64,000 bases of DNA from IMG/VR virus record IMGVR_UViG_3300042291_001568, positions 1-64,000 of that record; one strand, written 5' to 3'. The notes beneath the pieces are model-generated. The model was given only the letters and a program-made list of their open reading frames with translations, had not been told where the DNA came from and did not search any database. This stretch comes from a virus. A program made the position numbers and the translations under genes. Below, in pieces: positions 52,445 to 61,400 of this stretch. Within the stretch, counting starts at the first letter, position 1; every line of letters begins with the position of its first letter.

Positions 52445-55400
52445 GCAACTTGCATAATGGATCTAAATTACGCAAAAAAGATGTACACAGCATTCGTGAG
52501 GCAATTCTCTCGATGGTACAAGAAGCGAACCTTCGCACTCTTCCTGAGCGTAGGGTGTCTGACAAAGCGGCTATCACTGTTGCTAACAGGGATCTTGAAA
52601 AGACAAAAAACGCAAGTGTAGCAAAGCGCGAGTTTTCCGCGCTTCGAGCAGTTGGCTCGTTTATCTCTCTTGCAACGATTAACAAGGTAACTGAAGCATC
52701 GCTGCAAAATAGTGATCTATTGGCTATCGGACATCCTTTCTCAACAAAAGCACACAGCATGACCGCAGCTTCGCTGCGCAACGAGCGCGCTAAGTGGATT
52801 GCAGCTGACGAATACATCGACAGCTCAATACGCTCTTTGGTTATTAAAGCTCATGGATATGAAGAAAATTCAATGGAGCGAGCACATGCTTTTGCACGAC
52901 TCGCTGCAATGGGACCAGGATTCGTGCCAATCACTGCATCGATTGATCTCAATACTGCTACATCCGCGTACACCGAGTTCGTATTTGGCCTTGGCCTTGG
53001 CGGCAACTCAGATATGGCTAGAAGGCTTAGGGCGAAAATGCAACGCCGTGACCGCCTTGGACGTTTTGCATTTATGGGCGGTGGATTCTCGTTTAGCTTC
53101 CGCAGCAAAGATGGCAGGTTTAGCAAAGTATCTGGCCGTGTAGTTGGCGCATCTGGCGATCAAGATAGCATCGACATTGAAGTAAAGAATCATCCAAGAC
53201 TCGCTGACGGTATTTATGCTATGCCGTCATCTAGAGGTACCGCAGTTAGAGCCATTCTTGATGATGAAATCATTAAAGATCTGCCACAGGCTGACATTGA
53301 TATAGCAGCAGATGATGTATTTGTCGACGAAGCAAGTCTTACGCGAATGATGGCTCCGACTGGCTGGACCACAGAAGAATCGTCAACTCAAGGTGGCAAA
53401 GCAGTCAGCTGGGTTCACAAGAGTGAAGACGGTTACGAGGTCTATGACTCACCAGGCGATCCTTTCGGTCGCTTTCAATTGCGCAGAGAAAAAGGCAATG
53501 GCGCAAGACAACCTTTTCCAAAAGTTAAGTCATGGGCAGACGTTCAAAAGCAAGCAATTTCAGACCAAGATCTTTACAAAGACTATCTTGAAAAAGAGCA
53601 AATCAATCAAGATAAAAACAAAGCGTTTGATGAAGCAGCAAAGTCTGGTGAAGGCCCTCCTAGTAAGGCGCTTCCCGGCCGAGCTTGGGTCAAGCATGAA
53701 AACGGACAATGGTATGAGCGCGAGCTTGGTAGAAACTATGACGTTGCAGACGAAGAACTTCAGAAAATAGCTAAAGAAGCTACTGGACCATACCTCCCAC
53801 CGAAAGACAACGACTTCGGTAAAAAATACAAAACCTCAACAGGTAAGTGGAAAGAATGGGACGAAGGCAGTGATGAGTCTTGGCAGTACAAGCAGGATTA
53901 TCAAAAGCGTCTGAACGGTGAATACTCAAAACTTAAGCGTCTGCAAGAAGCGCAAAAGGCTGGACTGTTTGATCCAAAGTCAGACATCGCTACTGTGCGC
54001 GACATCAATGGCGACAGCTCAGTAGGCGAGCAACTCCGTAGCGCTATCACCGATACTGCGGCAGTGCGGTTTAACTATGATGGAAAATACGATGTTCAGT
54101 TCACTCCGAAAAGCTCGTATGTAAACAAAAAAACTGGCAAAACAAACTTTGTTGGTTTAGACACTAAAGGCGTACAACGCACGTATGCTGCTGACAAAAT
54201 TGCTCCACCAAAGTCGGCTGCAAAAACAGAAGTAAAAGCAACAATTCCAGATGCACCAGAAGCTCCACCTGTAGACACAACACCAGATGTTGTTGATCTC
54301 AAAGCTGCAATTGAAGGAATGAAACTTGGCGAAACTAAAGAATACGTTGCAGGTCTCGCAGCTAAAAAACAAAAAGTACGATTCAACTACAGCGGCTCAG
54401 AGCGGGTCGTTGAGCCGATTGAAGTATGGGTCAATGGCCAGACAGGCCGAATCAACCTACGCGCCATTGACAAAGACGTAAAGAAGAACTTTAGCTTTGA
54501 CAAGATTGAAGCACCTAAGCCTTCAGAGCGCGACATCGCACGTGACCAGCGCAACGCGGACCGCGTAGACGAAAACATCAACAACCCAGACAACTGGGAA
54601 CTAAAGCCAGTGGGGTACCCCGCCACGCGAAGTGAGTGGAACTACATTGGCCCACGGCCACGGTCCGAGGACAGCGTTGGTCCTTACATTTCGCCACCAC
54701 AGTCTGTTCTTGACAAGTATGCTAAAGACTTGTTTGGCCCTAAAGACGGCGGCCCTAACGTAGACGAAACTGACACAAGCACAGACTTCCCGATGAGTCC
54801 AGAAGAGCGTGCAGCAGCTAAGGCCCGACCTAGCGAGCGCGTGACAAATCTTGACGGACTAAAAGGCGATGAGCTTACAGCAGCCATTGATAAAGCAATA
54901 GCAGACAAAAAGCCACTTAAGTTTACATACCACGAAAAAGAGCGCCTGGTTCGCCCACTCGAAGTATGGACAAATCCAAAAACTGGAAAAGTCAACTTGC
55001 GTGCTGTTGAGGCCGATGCCGATACTGATAAGAACTTTACACTTGAAAAAATTGGCAAACCAGTTGATGAGAAAATCAAACAAATTGATGCCGATGACAT
55101 TATCAACATGCCACAAGAGCAGCTCGATGACGTTGTCGATGCGCTGTGGCCAGCAGCGGCTCCTTCACAGCAGGTAGCGCCAGAAGCAACAGGCCGTCGT
55201 ATTGTTGATGCATCAAGCAGCACTGCAGTTGAGCGCGTTGAATACGACCCAGCTACAAAAGAATTGTTCATTCAATTCAAGTCATCAAAAGATGGAAAGG
55301 GTGGTGGCGTTTACAAGTACAGCGACGTTGCTCCCGAGTTTGTAGACAGACTTGAAAGCGGATCAATTGGAAAAATGATTCCAGAACTCAAGAAGAATAA

Positions 55401-58400
55401 CTCTTCTGAGAAACTAGATGAATTCCCAGCAGGCGGAAGCGGAGGCCCAGGCGAGCCACCAGCAGGCGGCCCAGTCGTACCGGGGAACACCGGTGACGAT
55501 GCTGTTGATAAACTGCGCCAAGCACAGGCGCTCATCGCCGAAATGGAAGACTCGGGCGCGTTTGATGCTGCAAAAGTAGATGACGCAATAAAGCTTGTCA
55601 ATAGCGCATCAAGTGATTTTGATTCTTTCGTAAAGTCAAAGGATGCTGTCAACCAAGGCAACGCTGAAGGTCAAATTAAGAATCTTTTAGAAGAACTCGA
55701 CGATCTTAAGTCTAGAGAAGATGTTGATCTTGCTCCTAATTTTGATGACTATATTCTTGACGTTGAACTCGACGTCATAAGATTCGGCGAGTCAGACGAT
55801 GACGGCCCAGGCGAGCCACCAACAGGAGGACCATCAGCAGGCACCCCAGGTGACGATGCTGTTGATAAACTGCGCCAAGCACAGGCGCTCATCGCCGACT
55901 TGGAAGACTCAGGCAAGTACGATGCTAAAAAAGCAAATGCTGCAATAAAACTTGTCGAAGAAGCATCGAAAGATTTTGACTCGTTCTTGATGTCAAAGGA
56001 TGCTGTCAACCAAGGTGATGCTGAAGGTCAAATTAAGAATCTTTTAGAAGAACTTAAGGACCTTAGGAACAGAAAAGATGTTGATCTTGCTCCTAACTTC
56101 GATGACTACCTTCTCGATGTTGAGGCTGACATCATACGATTTAGCGAACTAGACGATGACGGCACGGGAGGCCCAGGTGCCCCAAGCGAGCCACCAGCAG
56201 GCGGCCCAGTCAATCCTGACAAGTACGAAACAGAGTACGGCTTTGACTATCCTAAAAAAGTTACCGACGAAAACGGCAACCAAGTCAGCCGCGTGATTGT
56301 CGATGTTGTCACAGAAGACATGTCGCTAGAAGAGATTGAAAGAGACTTCAAGAAAAAGTTCCCTGGTGGCGCGATGAAAGTTATTCGTCAACGCGGAACT
56401 AACGGTTGGCCCGAAGTGCAATACGACGTTCGTCCAGGAGACGAAGACAAACTCGGTAAGTGGTACAGCGGCGACCTTGAGCCTTATGACTATGCCGGTG
56501 ATGCCGACGCACTTGACGATGCCGATACTCGTAACTTGCCAACAGCTCAAGACTACATGGATGATCCAGCAGTTGCTGAAGATGCTGATGCCGGGTCGTT
56601 CTTTGATGAACCAATGTTTGATTCGCTATTTGATACGCCAGATGGCGCGTACAAACTTAATGTTTTCGAAGCGTATCGCCCAGTCGGAAGAACAACAGAA
56701 GACAGTGAAGATTTTACTGATGATCCAGACGTTCTTGCCACTAAGTTTGATGTAACAGAGCTTGGAAGAGCGCTGGCACAGGCAGTTCTTCCACTTACAA
56801 ATGACCAAGCCACAGGTTACGGAAACCTTCCATTTGAAAGCGGCGACGAGCCAGTAAAAGCTGAGGCGTTGTACGAGGCGCTTGGTGCAGCGAGAATGAC
56901 GCCAAACCTTGTTCTTGCTGGTCTATACGACTCGATGCTCGACCCAGAGCGTGGGCTAACTAATGTTGAGCGAATTACTGATGTTTCCCGCAATGACAGC
57001 TCGCTTGACAATGGCATTGATGATCCATTCACTGCTGAAATTCTTCCCGTGGCTGACCGCAGCGCAGAAATTGATGCTGCCATCGCGCTAAACGAAAAGA
57101 TTGGCTCGTATAGATACGCAAGCAACGGCGTTCAAAAAATGCGTGATCATTCTGAGAATAATCCTAAAATGCTGGATATTGCAAAGGACCTGACACAGCG
57201 AGAGGATGATGATGTTCAATTTGACACCATCAACCTTATTGACTTGTTAGATAAATATCTCCCGTGGGCTTCGAGTAGCGATGCCGATGAGCGCGACGCG
57301 TTTAGAGGCCTTTGGGGAATGATGATGTCGCTTGATGGAGGAAGTTCCATTGAAAGCGACTCACGATTTGAAGGATTTAGGCGAGAAATTCTTAGTTCGT
57401 TTGAACGAAGGAGTGGAAACCCAACTCTTGCGCAAGACGACTATGACGAGTTCGTTCTACAGTATGGTGGTTTTCCAGAGTTCGTAGCTGGCAAGAAAGC
57501 TATCGCCGATGGACAAGACGATCTGTCCGCTGAAACAAGCGCTGCAGCATTTTTTAGACTTGTCAAAGCAAGTTCCCGCCCGAATACTGCTCCATTGTGG
57601 AGGTCAATCGGCGTAGCGGAAGGCTCGAGCGAGTTTCAGAAGTACACAGTACCTGGATCACGATTTGACATGGACCCGCGTTCATTTACCGCGCAGTCGT
57701 TAGAAACTGGGACATTTGGCGACATAGCGTATTCGCCTACTGACAAAAAAATTGAACGAGTAATCTTTAAACTAGATCCGGGCGACGGAGATACTATTTC
57801 AGCTGAGTCCGTTTCTTGGTTCCCAGACGAGCGCGAAAATATTGCATTTGGTTCATTTGAAGTTATTGAAGTAACGCGGCAACCGTCGCAGCTTGGCAAG
57901 ACGCGTAATGACGATTACGTTGTCCGTATTCGTAAAGTTGATAGTGGCAATCAAACAGATGAGCAAAGCGCGCTGCCAGCGCCAGGGCAATTCTCCGAAG
58001 CAACGCAGCACGGAGACATTTCTGGTTGGACGCAGGTTGGCAATCAAGCAGGGTCTAACCCTGGAGGATTCTATGACGACCCAGCCGGGAACAGCTACTA
58101 CATTAAACAAGCAAGGTCACAGTCTCATGCGGACAATGAAGCTCTTGCATCGGCCTTCTACAAAGAGCTTGGAGTGCCAGCCGCTGAAGTTGGTTTTGGC
58201 GAAAAAGACGGAGTGTTGCATTTAGTCACTCCGTTGATTGATGGTGCTACACCAAACTTTGAAGAAAAAGTGTATGGCGGAGACAATGAATACGTCAAGA
58301 AAGTCCAAGACAACTTCGCAGTTGACGCGTGGCTTGCTAACTACGACATTGTTGGAATGGTCTATGACAACGTTGTTTCAGATGCAAACGGCGAGCCAGT

Positions 58401-61400
58401 AAGAGTTGATCCAGGCGGCGCGCTGATGTGGCGAGCTCAAGGCAAGCCAAAGCCATGGTTTGGTGACACTGTTGACGAGCTCGACAGCATGCGCGATCCA
58501 GATGTTAACGAGCAAGCAGCTAACGTATTTGGCACAATGAGCGATGATCAAATCAAAGCAAGCGCGCAAAAAGTTGCTAACCTTACGCCAGAAAGAATTG
58601 AAGAAATTATTGACTCGGTTGTCACAAGCCCAGACGATGCTGCACTTCTCAAGGAGCGGTTGCTAAACCGTCGTCAATACATTATGGATCGTTTTGGCTT
58701 TGAAGAGCCTACAGACGTTCTCGGTGAGCCACAATCAATTGCTTCAGAAATGGGCATTGCTTCTAAGGATCTTCAAGCAGGCGATGTCACAGTCGGCGAT
58801 TCATTCGTTATTGAGCGCATATTCACTGATGCAGATACTAAGAAAGGCAAGGTAAGCGTTCAAGGATACTTCCCTGGCCACGAGTCACAAGTTAAGCAGT
58901 GGAACGAAAACACAGTCATTATGGCAACACGAGGCGGACAGCTTCCTGCTAAAGGCGACGCACCAGCGTTACACAGACCAGTCGCGCCTGCCAAGCCGCA
59001 GCCTGCCGCTTTCACTGGCTCAATCGCAGATGAACTCTCTGGAGCTCAAAGCTGGGACGAAGTTCGCAGCATCCTACGTGGAAAAACAATCGTATTCTTT
59101 GACTACGAAACAACTGGATTCCCAGACAAGAAGACAGGCGACAAGAGCAGCAACCAACCAGCGCAACTTGGCGCAGTAAAAGTTGTTGATGGTCAGATAG
59201 TTGACCGTTTCAACTTGTTCATGAATCCAGAAGAGCCTCTTGGCGGTTGGTCGCGCGATAACCTTAAGGGCGCAGACGGCACTCCACTAACCGATGAGCA
59301 ACTTGCCACGGCACTGGACAAAGGCGAAGCGCATAGGCAGTTCATTGAATGGGCTGGCCAAGATGTGATTTTAGCAGCACACAACGCTCCATTTGACCTT
59401 GGCGTTATGAATGAAACGCTTGGCAAAAAAGGACTAGAGTACGCGCCAACCGGTGGAGTTATTGACACTCTCAAGCTTGCGCAAACAGTGATTGCATCAA
59501 AGAAAGCTGCAGCTCATCACGTAAACAAAGATCAAATTAAGACTGGAGACCCGAGTGGGCCAGATACCCACCGACTAGGCGACCTTGCATCTCACTTTGG
59601 CGTTGAACTTGGAGACGGGTGGCACACTGCAGATGCCGACTCTGAAGCAACGTCAAACGTCTTAAACTCTCTTATTGACTACGCAGCCGGAGCAGACGGT
59701 GGAGACACGTCGCTCCGCAGCGTTCTTGATGCGGGTGACAGCTACCAAAGCAACATGGCCGAGTTTGAGGCAAGAAGTGCACAGTTCAAAGATGAGCTAG
59801 CTAACTATGAAATACAAAAAGCAATTGCCGCAGCATGGAATTGTCGTGGTGGAACAGTTGCAAGTATCGCAGCTCTTATCGCAGCAATTGACGACCCAGA
59901 CTGCAACGTCCCGTCAATTGATGACCTTATCAAGGCAGCAACTCCTGGTGGTACAGACTTTGTAGATCCAGAAGGTCTTCATACAGGAGATTCTTCTACG
60001 GGAGACGCTTACACGCTAGAAGCAGAAGAAATCCCAGAGATGGACGGCGTTGAGCCTCCGTTTATTCCAGGAATTGAAGATCCAGACGATGAATTCCGTC
60101 CAAGCGATCAGCAGCAGGCAGTAGTTGAAGCTTTGTTTACTGGCGGCGACATTGTTATTCGCGCAGCCGCTGGCGCGGGCAAGACGAGCACACTAAAGAT
60201 CCTCGCACGACGACTACAAAAGCACAAGCCAAAAGAGCGCGTGGCGTACATTGCCTTTAACGCTACAGTTGCCGCTGAAGCTCGTGAATCGATGCCATCA
60301 AATGTTGAAGTACGCACCGCTGACTCTATTTCAGTCAACTGGACAAAACTGAACTTTCCAAAGTTGCATAAGAAAAAGGGCGCAAAAGATACGCTTTACA
60401 GCCCTAGTGACATAGCTACTCATCTTAAAGTTCCAGCGATGACTGGAATGGACAATAAAGGCAAGCCAGCAAAACTGCCAGTGTCAGAGTCTGTCAAAGA
60501 ATTGCGTAAGGCAATTTACCAATTTACCATCAGTGCTGATAAAGAAATAGGACCACAGCATTTTGACTCCGATGCAGTAGAAGCTTCAGACATACCAAAG
60601 CTTGTTGAGGCCGCAGAAAGATGGTGGGCAGACATCTTAAGCGAAAACGGAAAAATGCTGTTTAGCTTTCCGCACATGAAAAAGATGTGGGCGCTTTCAA
60701 ACCCAGATCTATCAGATGACAGTGGCGGGCTTAAGACTCCAGCAAGCGTTATTTTTATGGATGAAGCGCAAGACATTAACCCGGTCTTAGGCCGTGTTAT
60801 TGCAGCACAGACAGCCCAAAAAGTCTACGTTGGCGACGAAAACCAAGCTATCTACCAGTTCATGGGCGCAGAAGATGAGCTACAAAAAGTAACAGTTCAG
60901 CACGATCTTCCTCTTACTAAGTCATATCGTTTTGGCGAAGTAATCGCGAGAAACGCAAACAGGTATCTACGGTTTAAAGAACGGTTCCTCGGCGAAAAGA
61001 AGACTTTTGCTGTTGAGGGAGCAGGCAAGTTCCCTGGAGAAATAGTTGCGGCTGGGTCTATGAAAAACGCTCAAGCTGTGCTTGTTCGTTCAAACGCTGG
61101 CGCATTTAGAGAAGTGCGCACTGAACTTTTAAACGACAGAATAGTTGGAGTCACAAAAGGCTTCAAAGCAGACTTAGATAACTTCATCATAGCTGTTGAC
61201 TGGCTTCAAGCACCAGAGGCCACGCGGGGAAGTCGCCCAATGCGGGTTCCAGAGGAACTCCGCGGATACAAGAATTGGGCAGAAATTGTCGACGAAGCCG
61301 CTAAGGAAGGCGACAGCGACTTTAGCCGCAAGACACGAATCTTAGTTGACGACGTTGAACAACTTGGACTCGAAGAACTTAAGTCATTGGCCAGCCGCGT

